From assembly GCA_044370475.1 (NCBI GenBank), contig JBILVK010000002.1:9383-73382 (forward strand): a stretch of 64,000 nucleotides of DNA. The letters run 5' to 3'. The DNA comes from Bacteroidia bacterium. Its GTDB lineage: Bacteria; Bacteroidota; Bacteroidia; UKL13-3. Of this stretch, positions 55,266 to 64,000 are shown piece after piece. The notes beneath the pieces were generated by a model, which made no database searches, was not told where the DNA came from, and saw only the letters and a list, made by a program, of their open reading frames with translations. Within the stretch, counting starts at the first letter, position 1; each line of letters starts with the position of its first letter. Made by a program: the position numbers and the translations under genes.

Positions 55266-56366
55266 ATGAGTAAAAAAGGAAGAATTTTAGTCGCCATGAG
55301 TGGCGGTATTGATAGCACCGTGGCAGCAGTAATGCTGGCAGAAGAGGGCTATGAAGTTGTAGGAGTTACCATGAAAACATGGGATTACCAAAACAGCGGG
55401 GGTGGCAAAAAAGAAACAGGTTGTTGCAGCCTAGATTCCATTAACGATGCCAGAACCATTGCTGTTCAACATGGCATTCACCATTTAATTTTAGATATTA
55501 GAGACGAATTTGGTGATTTTGTAATCGATAACTTTATCGAAGAATACCTCGCTGGTAGAACCCCAAACCCTTGTGTACTATGCAATACGCATATCAAATG
55601 GGAAGCTTTACTTAAACGTGCTAATCAGCTCGATTGTGAATTTATTGCAACCGGACATTACGCGCAAATTAGACAAGAAAATGATCGTTATGTCATTAGT
55701 CGTGGATTAGACCATAGCAAAGATCAAAGCTACGTTCTTTGGGGATTGAGTCAAGAAAGTTTGTCGCGCACTTTATTCCCTTTAGGTGGATATCACAAAA
55801 CCGAAATTAAGCAAATGGCCATTGATAGAGGTTATACTGAGCTTGCCAAAAAAAGTGAAAGCTATGAAATCTGTTTTGTGCCCGATAATGACTACCGTGG
55901 ATTTTTGAAAAGGAAGGTAGATGGTTTAGAGGAAAGGGTAGATGGGGGTAATTTTGTAAACCGTGAAGGCAAAATTCTGGGCAAACACCGTGGCTATCCT
56001 TTTTATACCATTGGTCAGCGCAAGGGATTGGAAATAGCCTTAGGAGAACCTATGTTTGTTTTAGAGATTATGCCAGACACAAATACCGTAGTTTTAGGTA
56101 GGGAAGAAGAGTTACAAAGAAATGGCATGTGGGTGCGTAATATTAATTTGCAAAAATATGCAGAAATAAAATCGCCACTCGAATCGTTAACAAAAGTAAG
56201 ATACAAAGACGCTGGAACCATGGCCACCATTATGCAAGAAGACACCCGTATGAAAGTTGATTTTCATAGTATGGTAAAGGGCGTTGCTCCCGGACAAAGT
56301 GCTGTATTCTACGAAGACAATGATGTGATTGGGGGCGGTTGGATTCAATCTAGTTACGAATTATAA
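55266..56366 (+). CDS. mnmA: tRNA 2-thiouridine(34) synthase MnmA
   Basis: VAMSGGIDSTVAA PP-loop, NPCVLCN, and DQSYVLW motifs. Confidence 0.94.
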   Translation: MSKKGRILVAMSGGIDSTVAAVMLAEEGYEVVGVTMKTWDYQNSGGGKKETGCCSLDSINDARTIAVQHGIHHLILDIRDEFGDFVIDNFIEEYLAGRTPNPCVLCNTHIKWEALLKRANQLDCEFIATGHYAQIRQENDRYVISRGLDHSKDQSYVLWGLSQESLSRTLFPLGGYHKTEIKQMAIDRGYTELAKKSESYEICFVPDNDYRGFLKRKVDGLEERVDGGNFVNREGKILGKHRGYPFYTIGQRKGLEIALGEPMFVLEIMPDTNTVVLGREEELQRNGMWVRNINLQKYAEIKSPLESLTKVRYKDAGTMATIMQEDTRMKVDFHSMVKGVAPGQSAVFYEDNDVIGGGWIQSSYEL

Positions 56367-56370
56367 GTAT

Positions 56371-57063
56371 ATGATGGCTTGGTTCAGACAGAATTTATTG
56401 AATACTATTTTGCTTATTGCATTGGTATTAACATTGCATGCATGTTCTAAAAATAATTCTGCCGAGGCGCAGCCCGACCTAGGCTTGGCGTATTTCCCTT
56501 TAGATTCTGGGTGGGTAAAAGTGTACAGTGTAGATTCCATTTCCTTTAATGATAATACAGAAACCATAGATACTTTTCACTTTATGCTAAAGGAAACTTT
56601 TGCTGGAATTATATCTGGGCAAGAGCTTAACGCGCATAGGGAGGTGAAAAGAGAAGTATTAAAAGATAGTAGTGAAATATGGGAGCCTAGGACATCTATT
56701 TTTATTACACAAGATAAAAATACCTTGCAATGGGTTGAAGAAAACACCCGTTTTGTAAAGCTTATTTTTCCTATAGGTACTGCCCAATCTTGGAACGGAA
56801 ATGCCTACAATTCTCTTGGCAGGAAAAATTATCAATGGCAGAATTTATATGCTAATTTTAATAATGGTGATACCCTCTTTAGCAACTGTATAAGCGTGCT
56901 AGAGGCGCAAACAAACAACCTTATTGAGGAGATTCTCATTCGCAATGTCTACGCAAAAAACCTTGGTTTAATTGATCGCACAAACACCAATATCAATACC
57001 CAATCGAATAAAAAATCGGGTTATAAAATTAGACAAAAACTTAAATCATTTACCCGTCCATGA
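56371..57063 (+). CDS. hypothetical lipoprotein
   Basis: ATG at 56371, just after the mnmA stop. Lipobox LTLHAC. The track's earlier start is TTG inside mnmA. Confidence 0.45.
   Translation: MMAWFRQNLLNTILLIALVLTLHACSKNNSAEAQPDLGLAYFPLDSGWVKVYSVDSISFNDNTETIDTFHFMLKETFAGIISGQELNAHREVKREVLKDSSEIWEPRTSIFITQDKNTLQWVEENTRFVKLIFPIGTAQSWNGNAYNSLGRKNYQWQNLYANFNNGDTLFSNCISVLEAQTNNLIEEILIRNVYAKNLGLIDRTNTNINTQSNKKSGYKIRQKLKSFTRP
56379..56393 (-). repeat. iterated motif variant TTGGTTCAGACAGAA
   Basis: 14 of 15 match; codons 3-7 of the lipoprotein gene (AWFRQ). Confidence 0.65.
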
Positions 57064-58709
57064 GACTTCTTTTTTGCTTCTTTCTTCTTTTTTTCGGTCT
57101 GAACCTAAGCGCCCAACAAAGGTTTTATTTTGCAGAGTTCATTGACAAGCCCAACGCAAAAAAGCAACTATACAATCCATCAAGTTATATCTCTTTAAGG
57201 GCCATCGATCGCAGGTCGAGGAATAGGGTACCCTTAAATATAAATGACATTCCTCCAGATAGCGCCTACCTAGCGCAGTTAGCTCAATTGCCCTTATTAC
57301 TTTATGGAAGCAGCAGGTGGCTTAATGGCGCAATTATTCTGGCAAACAACAAGGAAATTGAAGCTCAAATTAAAAGCCTAAGTTTTGTTAGTAAGTTAAC
57401 CTACTTAGGTCCGGCTTACTTTTATGAAGAACAAGATGAAGCAACAGAAAATAGCCTCGAAAATCAACTTCAAATCCTAGCTCAATCCTTCGAAAATAAG
57501 AGCGAAAAAAATGATTCCATTCTTCTGGGCAAAAGCTTTAATCAAATAGACCAAATTCATGCGGCAGGTTTAATGAAATCTGGACTCAATGGCAAGAATA
57601 CCTTAATTGCTGTATTAGATGCCGGCTTTAAAAACCTAGATAAATTACTTCCATTTAATCACTTGTTTGCTGAGAAGAGAATTCTTGCTACAAGAGACTT
57701 TGTGGAGATGGAAGAAGAGGTATTTGAAGATGATGAACATGGTCTTTCCGTAATGAGTTGTTTGGGTGCTTTTCAGCCTGGAGTTATTAGCGGCACCGCA
57801 CCCGGAAGCAGTTATTTGTTACTTAGATGCGAAAATGCATCATCAGAATATTTGGTCGAGGAATACTTTTGGACCTTAGCTGCAGAGTATGCTGATAGCG
57901 CAGGTGCTGATATTATTAATTCTTCTTTGGGTTATACCAAACATGATGAAAAAGCCATGGGACACAAGTATGCTGAGTTCGATGGCAAAACAACAGTGGT
58001 AAGCAGGGCCGCCGATATTGCTGCTAGCAAGGGTATTTTAGTGGTGGTAAGTGCTGGCAATGAAGGCGATGATCCATGGCGCCAATTAAGTGCTCCAGCA
58101 GATGCGCCTAATGTTTTAACGGTGGGTGCCATAGATAAGCATGGCAGTTATGCAGGCTTCAGTTCAGTGGGTCCAACTTCCGATAAAAGAATTAAGCCAG
58201 ATTTAGTTGCAAAAGGAAAAAATGCGGTATTAATGTCTCAGGATGCCAAGATTTTTGAAGGCAATGGAACATCCTATGCCTGCCCAATTATAGCAGGTGC
58301 AGGGGCTATTTTATTGCAGGCTGAACCAAGCGCTACTTCTCAAAAAATCAAAGAAACGATGATGCTTACTTGCAACCAATATGATAATCCCGATAAATAC
58401 ATTGGTTCAGGCTTACCTAATATTGAATTAGCTGCTAAGTGTCTTAAGGTAAAAACAGATAGTTTAATTGACTTAAGAGAGTTGCCAGATAGATATTTGC
58501 ATGTGATTATTAATGCCAAGTACGATCAAAAGGTTCAAGTAACCATTACCGAACCAATAAAGAAAGAAACAGAGAAATTGAATTTACACCTTAAAAAAGG
58601 TTTGAACAGAATAAAATTAAAAGGATACAAAAAACGCCCAAGTGGAATTTATCACTTGAGCGTTGAGTTTACCCAAAAAAGGGTGGAAGCAGATTTTGTT
58701 AAGCCTTAA
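57060..58709 (+). CDS. S8 (subtilisin) family serine peptidase
   Basis: Asp (AVLDAGF), His (HGLSVMS), Ser (GTSYACP). ATGA start/stop overlap with the upstream gene. Confidence 0.85.
   Translation: MRLLFCFFLLFFGLNLSAQQRFYFAEFIDKPNAKKQLYNPSSYISLRAIDRRSRNRVPLNINDIPPDSAYLAQLAQLPLLLYGSSRWLNGAIILANNKEIEAQIKSLSFVSKLTYLGPAYFYEEQDEATENSLENQLQILAQSFENKSEKNDSILLGKSFNQIDQIHAAGLMKSGLNGKNTLIAVLDAGFKNLDKLLPFNHLFAEKRILATRDFVEMEEEVFEDDEHGLSVMSCLGAFQPGVISGTAPGSSYLLLRCENASSEYLVEEYFWTLAAEYADSAGADIINSSLGYTKHDEKAMGHKYAEFDGKTTVVSRAADIAASKGILVVVSAGNEGDDPWRQLSAPADAPNVLTVGAIDKHGSYAGFSSVGPTSDKRIKPDLVAKGKNAVLMSQDAKIFEGNGTSYACPIIAGAGAILLQAEPSATSQKIKETMMLTCNQYDNPDKYIGSGLPNIELAAKCLKVKTDSLIDLRELPDRYLHVIINAKYDQKVQVTITEPIKKETEKLNLHLKKGLNRIKLKGYKKRPSGIYHLSVEFTQKRVEADFVKP
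57093..57105 (+). repeat. iterated motif copy TTCGGTCTGAACC
   Basis: Exact core; lies in the signal-peptide coding region (FFGLNL). Confidence 0.8.
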
Positions 58710-59232
58710 CTTCTTTTAATTTTAAAGAAGGAATATTAATGCTCATCAAATAGAAACTGCCAAACAATAAGGTATTGTATACAAGGTCTGATGCAAATGT
58801 GTTTTGGAAAAATGGAATGCCTGCAATATAACTGCTCATGAGTCCGGCAAAGTCATTCGTGTAAAGATTGCCCATTGAAGCTGGGTAAAAGAATACACAG
58901 TTAGTTATTAAGAAAAATAGGATAGAAGAACCTACAGAACCCATGGCAACTTTGTACCAAGTTAGGTTATTGTTTATTTGGGTGCCAATGAAAATTGCAC
59001 CTACAATAGCGCCATAGGTAACCAACATTTCTAAGCCATAAAAACCTAAAAACAAATCGCTAATTAACATTGCAATAATAGGAACTAGGTAAGCTAAATA
59101 ACTTCTGCCTAAATAGGCTCCACCAAAAAGAGCTATTGCTCCAATTGGACTAAAATTGGGAGCGTGAGGAATTAAACGCAAAAATGCTGCGGCGAAAATT
59201 AAACCAACTATTGCTAATATTCTTTTATTCAT
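58699..59232 (-). CDS. DUF6580-like integral membrane protein
   Basis: RLIPHAPNFSPIGAIALFGGAYL motif, 5-6 TM helices. ATG at 59232 preferred over the track's TTG. The 3' end overlaps the convergent S8 gene by 11 nt. Confidence 0.5.
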   Translation of the reverse strand: MNKRILAIVGLIFAAAFLRLIPHAPNFSPIGAIALFGGAYLGRSYLAYLVPIIAMLISDLFLGFYGLEMLVTYGAIVGAIFIGTQINNNLTWYKVAMGSVGSSILFFLITNCVFFYPASMGNLYTNDFAGLMSSYIAGIPFFQNTFASDLVYNTLLFGSFYLMSINIPSLKLKEVKA

Positions 59233-59453
59233 GGTAATTATTATATGTGGCGAAAATAAGAAGCTTTTAAGATATTGCAACAATAGTTATGTAAATCTTT
59301 TTCCACTTTGTGATATGGATTAGTTAATTACGCTCTATTTAAGCCATCTAAAGGATTCAACTACCTTTTATAAAAAAAGTTGTCGCACTTCACATAAAGT
59401 CTTTAAATTGCGGTGCTTAAGGAAATAACTATTTCGAAAGTAGTTTTTCTAGT

Positions 59454-59461
59454 TACTTTTG
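59454..59461 (+). promoter_or_regulatory. candidate -7 box TACTTTTG upstream of the M16 peptidase gene
   Basis: TAnnTTTG match 26 nt upstream of the ATG. Confidence 0.4.
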
Positions 59462-59486
59462 TAAAAACCAACAAAAAATATATAAC

Positions 59487-62393
59487 ATGAAAAAAGGTTT
59501 ATTATTTGCAGGTGCATTTGCTTTACTGATGGGAATTCAGTCGGCAAATTCCCAAACGCCAGCAACCACTATCCCAGCAAAAACCACCCTGATTGAAAAG
59601 GTAACTGCCAATCCAGGAGAGTTAAAAATTAGTTATGAGAAGTATCTACTTCCAAATGGCTTAACCCTTCTAGTTCATGAGGATCATTCCGATCCCATTG
59701 TCCATGTTGAGGTTACTTACCACGTTGGTTCGGCCAGAGAAACTCCAGGTAAGTCTGGATTTGCACATTTCTTTGAACACATGATGTTTCAAGGTTCTTT
59801 GCATGTTAAAGATGAAGAGCATTTTAAAGTTGTTCAAGGCGCTGGTGGTCAAATGAATGGAACTACCAACAGAGATAGAACCAATTATTTTGAAACCCTT
59901 CCAGCTAACTATTTAGAAACTGCTTTATGGTTAGAAGCTGATCGTATGGGATTCTTATTGGATTCTGTAACCCAAAAGAAATTTGAGGTTCAAAGAGCAA
60001 CTGTAAAAAACGAAAAGGGTCAAAACGTAGATAACATACCTTATGGCAAAAGAGGAGAGATAAACGACGCTGCTTTGTATCCACAAGGACATCCTTATAG
60101 CTGGCCAACAATTGGTTATTTGGAGGATTTGGATAGGGTAAATGTAGACGATTTGAAGAATTTCTTTATGCGTTGGTACGGACCAAACAACGCGTGTGTG
60201 GTTGTTTCTGGAGATGTTACACCTGCAGATGTAGTAAAATTGACTGAGAAATATTTTGGACCAATTCCTAAAGGACCAGATGTTCGTGCTCAAAAAGTTG
60301 AAGCGGTTAGATTGCCAGATAACAAATATGTAAACTATGGCGACAATGTATTTGCACCTATGTATGCATTTACATATCCTTCCGTTAAGCAATACCATGT
60401 AGATGAAGCTGCGCTAGATGTTTTGGGTTATATTTTAGGAAATGGTAACAATTCTCTTTTATACAAGAATTTTATTAAGCCTGAGCCTCAAAAAGCTATT
60501 CAAGTTTTCTCTTTTAACTCTGGCTCAGAGTTAGCTGGCGAGTTTGGTATTATATTATTAGCTATGCCTAATTTTGAAGGGGATAATGACATTGAAAAAG
60601 GCTTAATGGCTAGTTTAGCAGAATTTGATGCAAAAGGTGTTTCTGATGATGATTTGAATAGAGCAAAGGGTCAATTTGAAACCAGCATCATCCAAAGCAT
60701 GCAAAGTGTGGGTAGTAGAGCAAGTATTTTAAGTACTATGTGGTATTTAAGCCATGGTAATCCTAAATTGGCTCAAGGCTTTAATATGAGCGATGAGTTA
60801 GCTAGGTATAATAAAGTAACAAAAGAAGATGTAATGCGTGTTTTTCGTCAGTATATTAAAAACAAAAATTACACCTTAGTAAATATTTTTCCTAAAAAGG
60901 CTAATGCAGCTGCAAATAAAGAAGAAAGTAAAGAGTCTCAAAGTTCTGGTGCAGCTGTAAAAACTGAGTTAGAATACAAAGGATTGTCATATACAACACC
61001 TAAAGATAACTTCGACCGCAGCAAACGCCCAGAGGCAGGGGCAGCTAAATCAACAGAAATTCCAAATTTCTATAGTGCCAATTGGGATAATGGTATTAAA
61101 GTAATAGGTACCGAAACCAAAGAGTCTCCTATTGTAACCATTTTACTTACTATGAAAGGTGGAAACATAGCTGTTGGTGATCCTGCCAAAACTGGATTAG
61201 CAAACTTAACAGCTGATATGATGGGTGAGGCTACTCAAACCTTAACAAGTGAGCAATTTGAAAATGAGTTAGACAAATTAGGAAGCTCAATTTCATTTGG
61301 AGCTGGTACAGACAATCATTTTATGCAGGTGGTTTGTATGAAAAAGAACCTTGATGCTACCATGAAATTAGTTGAGGAAAAATTGTTGCGTCCTAAGTTT
61401 ACGAGCGAAGATTTTAAATTAAATCAATCACAAAACTACCAAGGAATTAATTCTCAAAAATATGATGCAGCGGCAACGGCCGATTTAGCTTTTGGTAAAT
61501 TGATATATGGAAAAAGCATTGCTGCAGAGCCAGTAGGAGGAACCTTGAAATCAATTAAGGCTATGACCATGAAGGATGTTCAGTCTTTTTATGATAAGTT
61601 TTATGCTCCAGATTTTGCTACTTTAACCATTGTTGGTGATGTAAGCGAGACTGAAGTAATGGCTAAAACTGCCTTCTTAAAAAATTGGAAGAAAAAGAAT
61701 CCAGTATTTCCTGTAATTGCACCTCCAGTTGCTAATAATGCAAGTGGATCTCAAATCATGTTGGTTGACAAATACAAGGCAGCGCAATCTGAAATTAGAG
61801 TTGGACAATTAGGTCAAACCTACGATTGGAATGGAAAATTCTTTAAAACAAATGCCATGAATTATCCATTAGGTGGTAATTTCAATAGCCGTTTAAATTT
61901 AAATTTGCGCGAAGACAAAGGTTTTACTTACGGAATTCGTTCATACAATATGGGTTACAAAGACCGTCAAGGTGTATTTGAAATCTCAACTGGTGTTAGA
62001 ACATCTGCTACTGATAGCGCCATGAAAGAAATCATGTATGAGGTAAACAATTACCGTAACAATGGTATTACTGATGAAGAATTAGATTTTATGAAAAAAT
62101 CAATTACTCAAAGTGATGCTTTGCGTTATGAAACCAATTTCCAAAAAGCTAGTTTCTTAAATAGATTAGTGGAGTATAACTTGCCTAAAGATTATATCCG
62201 TCAGCAAAACACTACCATTAAATCTTTAACCAAAGAAGAAATTAATGCCATTGCAAAGGAAATTTTGCAACCAGAAAAAATGACTATTTTAATAGTAGGC
62301 GATAAAGAAAAAGTGAAGGTGCCTCTAGAGAAATTAGGTTATAAAATCCAAGATTACAAAGATGTTGAAGTAGCAACATACGAGAAGAACTAA
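59487..62393 (+). CDS. M16 (pitrilysin/insulinase) family zinc peptidase, double-length (two M16 units)
   Basis: HFFEHMMFQGS inverted zincin motif (HxxEH). 968 aa with a second inactive-type half. Signal peptide present. Confidence 0.88.
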   Translation: MKKGLLFAGAFALLMGIQSANSQTPATTIPAKTTLIEKVTANPGELKISYEKYLLPNGLTLLVHEDHSDPIVHVEVTYHVGSARETPGKSGFAHFFEHMMFQGSLHVKDEEHFKVVQGAGGQMNGTTNRDRTNYFETLPANYLETALWLEADRMGFLLDSVTQKKFEVQRATVKNEKGQNVDNIPYGKRGEINDAALYPQGHPYSWPTIGYLEDLDRVNVDDLKNFFMRWYGPNNACVVVSGDVTPADVVKLTEKYFGPIPKGPDVRAQKVEAVRLPDNKYVNYGDNVFAPMYAFTYPSVKQYHVDEAALDVLGYILGNGNNSLLYKNFIKPEPQKAIQVFSFNSGSELAGEFGIILLAMPNFEGDNDIEKGLMASLAEFDAKGVSDDDLNRAKGQFETSIIQSMQSVGSRASILSTMWYLSHGNPKLAQGFNMSDELARYNKVTKEDVMRVFRQYIKNKNYTLVNIFPKKANAAANKEESKESQSSGAAVKTELEYKGLSYTTPKDNFDRSKRPEAGAAKSTEIPNFYSANWDNGIKVIGTETKESPIVTILLTMKGGNIAVGDPAKTGLANLTADMMGEATQTLTSEQFENELDKLGSSISFGAGTDNHFMQVVCMKKNLDATMKLVEEKLLRPKFTSEDFKLNQSQNYQGINSQKYDAAATADLAFGKLIYGKSIAAEPVGGTLKSIKAMTMKDVQSFYDKFYAPDFATLTIVGDVSETEVMAKTAFLKNWKKKNPVFPVIAPPVANNASGSQIMLVDKYKAAQSEIRVGQLGQTYDWNGKFFKTNAMNYPLGGNFNSRLNLNLREDKGFTYGIRSYNMGYKDRQGVFEISTGVRTSATDSAMKEIMYEVNNYRNNGITDEELDFMKKSITQSDALRYETNFQKASFLNRLVEYNLPKDYIRQQNTTIKSLTKEEINAIAKEILQPEKMTILIVGDKEKVKVPLEKLGYKIQDYKDVEVATYEKN

Positions 62394-62411
62394 GTATTCT
62401 ATTTATAAAAA

Positions 62412-62447
62412 AGAGTCCCACGTGTCAACCTGGGACTCTTTTTTTTT
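62412..62447 (+). terminator. rho-independent terminator after the M16 peptidase gene
   Basis: AGAGTCCCA-10 nt-TGGGACTCT followed by a run of about 9 T. Confidence 0.75.
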
Positions 62448-62510
62448 GACTAATAATCAAATGAAAGAGAAAAGCTGATTCAACTCATTTGAACTCAGAA
62501 AAGAAATGAA

Positions 62511-62518
62511 TATGTTTG
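62511..62518 (+). promoter_or_regulatory. candidate -7 box TATGTTTG upstream of the TPR gene
   Basis: TAnnTTTG match 27 nt upstream of the ATG. Confidence 0.4.
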
Positions 62519-62544
62519 TAAAGTATTATTTAAATTAAGAACCA

Positions 62545-63930
62545 ATGAAAAGATTATTATTAGCAGCTTTTGTTATGCTAAGTATCCAATTGTTTGCGCA
62601 AAAAAGCAATGTGGAGAGTGCTGCAATTTACTTGCGTAATGGCGAGTTGGAAGACGCGAAAAAAACAATTGAACTTGCCATAGTAAATTCCGAAACAAAG
62701 GATGATCCTAAGGCTTGGTACTATTATATAGCAGTTTTGGATACCATTTACCGAAATCCAGAATATGTAAAGCTAGTAGATGCCGATTTGGCTGAAAAGT
62801 TTTTTGCAGGATGCAAAAAATGTATTGAGACTGATGTAAAGAAAAGATATGAATTCTATTGTAAAGACCAAGCCATTTTAAATAGCGCTTTTATGTGCTT
62901 TAACAAGGGTAGCGAGGCTTATGGCAATAAGGAATACCAAAAAGCTATCAAATATTACCAAATGGTACTTGAAGTAATTCCTTATGATAAAAACGATGAT
63001 TTAAAGAAGAATAACTTGTCTGAAAAGAACATTTATTTATACATGGCTACATGTGCTGTTCAATCTAAAGACAATAGTAAGGCTAAACAGTACCTTCAAA
63101 AATTAATGGACTTAAATTATGATGACCACTTAATTTATCTTCAAATGGCTAGTATCTATTTAGAGGAAACTGATACTACTTCAGCCATAAAATTCATTGA
63201 GCAGGGTAGAACAAAATACCCAAGCGAGAAGGACTTGATTAATCAAGAGTTGAATATCTATATGAATATGGGTCGCCAAGACATTTTGTTAGATAAATTA
63301 AATTCAGCAATAGAAATTAATCCAGATGATGCTACTTTAATTTTTGTAAGAGGAAGTGTTTATGATAATTTTGCAAATGACATAAATAGGAAGGCAAAAG
63401 ATATTAGAGATACTGTTTCTACCTTGAAAAGGAAGGCACAAATTGAAAAAGTTCCTGCAAAAAAAGCTACGTATACTGCAGCTGCAGCTAAGTATCAAAA
63501 GTTATACGAGGAACAATTGGTAAGAGTGAAAGAAAATGCAGCAAAAGCTGAGGCAGATTACAAAAAGGTGGTGGAGATTAATCCAGATTACATTGATGCT
63601 TATTACAATTTGGGTGCCTTAACTAATAATAAGACTGCCGAAGTGGTTGAAAAAATGAATGCAATTCCAAGTAGTTTACAAGGAGCTGAATACGATAAAA
63701 GGTACAATCCATTAAGAAAGCAAAAGGATGATATTTTAAACACCGCTCTTGGCTATTTTAACCAAGCATTGGCTATCGCAGAATCTAAGGGCGAAGAAAC
63801 TGATGAGAAAAAGAAAGAAAAATATGCTTACATGAGAGATATTCTTTATAGCATTCAAATGGTTTATGCAAATCTAAATGAAGAGCAAAAAACCATGGAA
63901 ACCAAAAAGAAAAGAGCCCAATACGAATAG
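62545..63930 (+). CDS. secreted TPR-repeat protein with a Lys/Glu-rich coiled segment
   Basis: Signal peptide MKRLLLAAFVMLSIQLFAQ. Several TPR-like units (YQKAIKYYQMVLEVIP, IDAYYNLGAL). Confidence 0.65.
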   Translation: MKRLLLAAFVMLSIQLFAQKSNVESAAIYLRNGELEDAKKTIELAIVNSETKDDPKAWYYYIAVLDTIYRNPEYVKLVDADLAEKFFAGCKKCIETDVKKRYEFYCKDQAILNSAFMCFNKGSEAYGNKEYQKAIKYYQMVLEVIPYDKNDDLKKNNLSEKNIYLYMATCAVQSKDNSKAKQYLQKLMDLNYDDHLIYLQMASIYLEETDTTSAIKFIEQGRTKYPSEKDLINQELNIYMNMGRQDILLDKLNSAIEINPDDATLIFVRGSVYDNFANDINRKAKDIRDTVSTLKRKAQIEKVPAKKATYTAAAAKYQKLYEEQLVRVKENAAKAEADYKKVVEINPDYIDAYYNLGALTNNKTAEVVEKMNAIPSSLQGAEYDKRYNPLRKQKDDILNTALGYFNQALAIAESKGEETDEKKKEKYAYMRDILYSIQMVYANLNEEQKTMETKKKRAQYE

Positions 63931-63958
63931 TATTATTCCAATTTATTCTCATAAAAAA

Positions 63959-63990
63959 ATCCTCGACCCAAACGTCGGGGATTTTTTTTT
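63959..63990 (+). terminator. rho-independent terminator after the TPR gene
   Basis: ATCCTCGAC-6 nt-GTCGGGGAT (one G-U pair) followed by TTTTTTTTT. Confidence 0.65.
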
Positions 63991-64000
63991 GCAACTAGGA

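Noticed and set aside
2136-57105. The iterated word as a true homologue of the Neisseria DUS (GCCGTCTGAA versus TCGGTCTGAA)
   Set aside because: The 8-of-10 resemblance is striking, but DUS recognition depends on the Neisseriaceae-specific ComP pilin. The lineages are unrelated, and a short shared CTGAA core is most simply explained by coincidence. Only the functional analogy is retained.
1-64000. CRISPR arrays, transposases, integrases, phage genes, toxin-antitoxin or recognisable defence systems
   Set aside because: None were found. Every sizeable ORF is accounted for by housekeeping, envelope or secreted-protein functions, and there are no direct-repeat arrays with spacers.

Overview
Low-GC (about 37% G+C by eye), densely coding chromosomal segment that looks like Bacteroidota. 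Evidence for that assignment: T9SS type A and type B C-terminal sorting domains, the mutY-ssb-gldE-gldD synteny, DUF4290/DUF3078/DUF4249/DUF1573 genes, TAnnTTTG -7 promoter boxes and no obvious Shine-Dalgarno sites. I call about 58 protein genes, two tRNAs (Arg-ACG, Leu-CAA), one unlisted 29-codon basic-protein gene and several rho-independent terminators. I found no mobile elements, CRISPR arrays, prophage genes or recognisable defence systems, so this appears to be core genome. Two things stand out. (1) A 15-19 nt quasi-palindromic word, TTCGGTCTGAACCAA, with a palindromic sibling TTCGGTTCGAACCGAA, occurs about 20 times. It lies inside unrelated genes in several reading frames and also in spacers, far above chance expectation, and resembles a DNA-uptake-sequence or HIP1-type iterated element. 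(2) A nine-gene molybdenum-cofactor operon (moaA-moeA-tauE-moaD-moeB-U32-fdx-moaE-moaC/B) contains three unexpected parts. MoeB carries a C-terminal chorismate-mutase-like domain instead of a rhodanese domain, it is followed by a translationally coupled U32 'peptidase' plus small ferredoxin, and a TauE/SafE permease sits in the middle of the operon. All family assignments come from reading motifs in the translated ORFs by eye; no database search was run.
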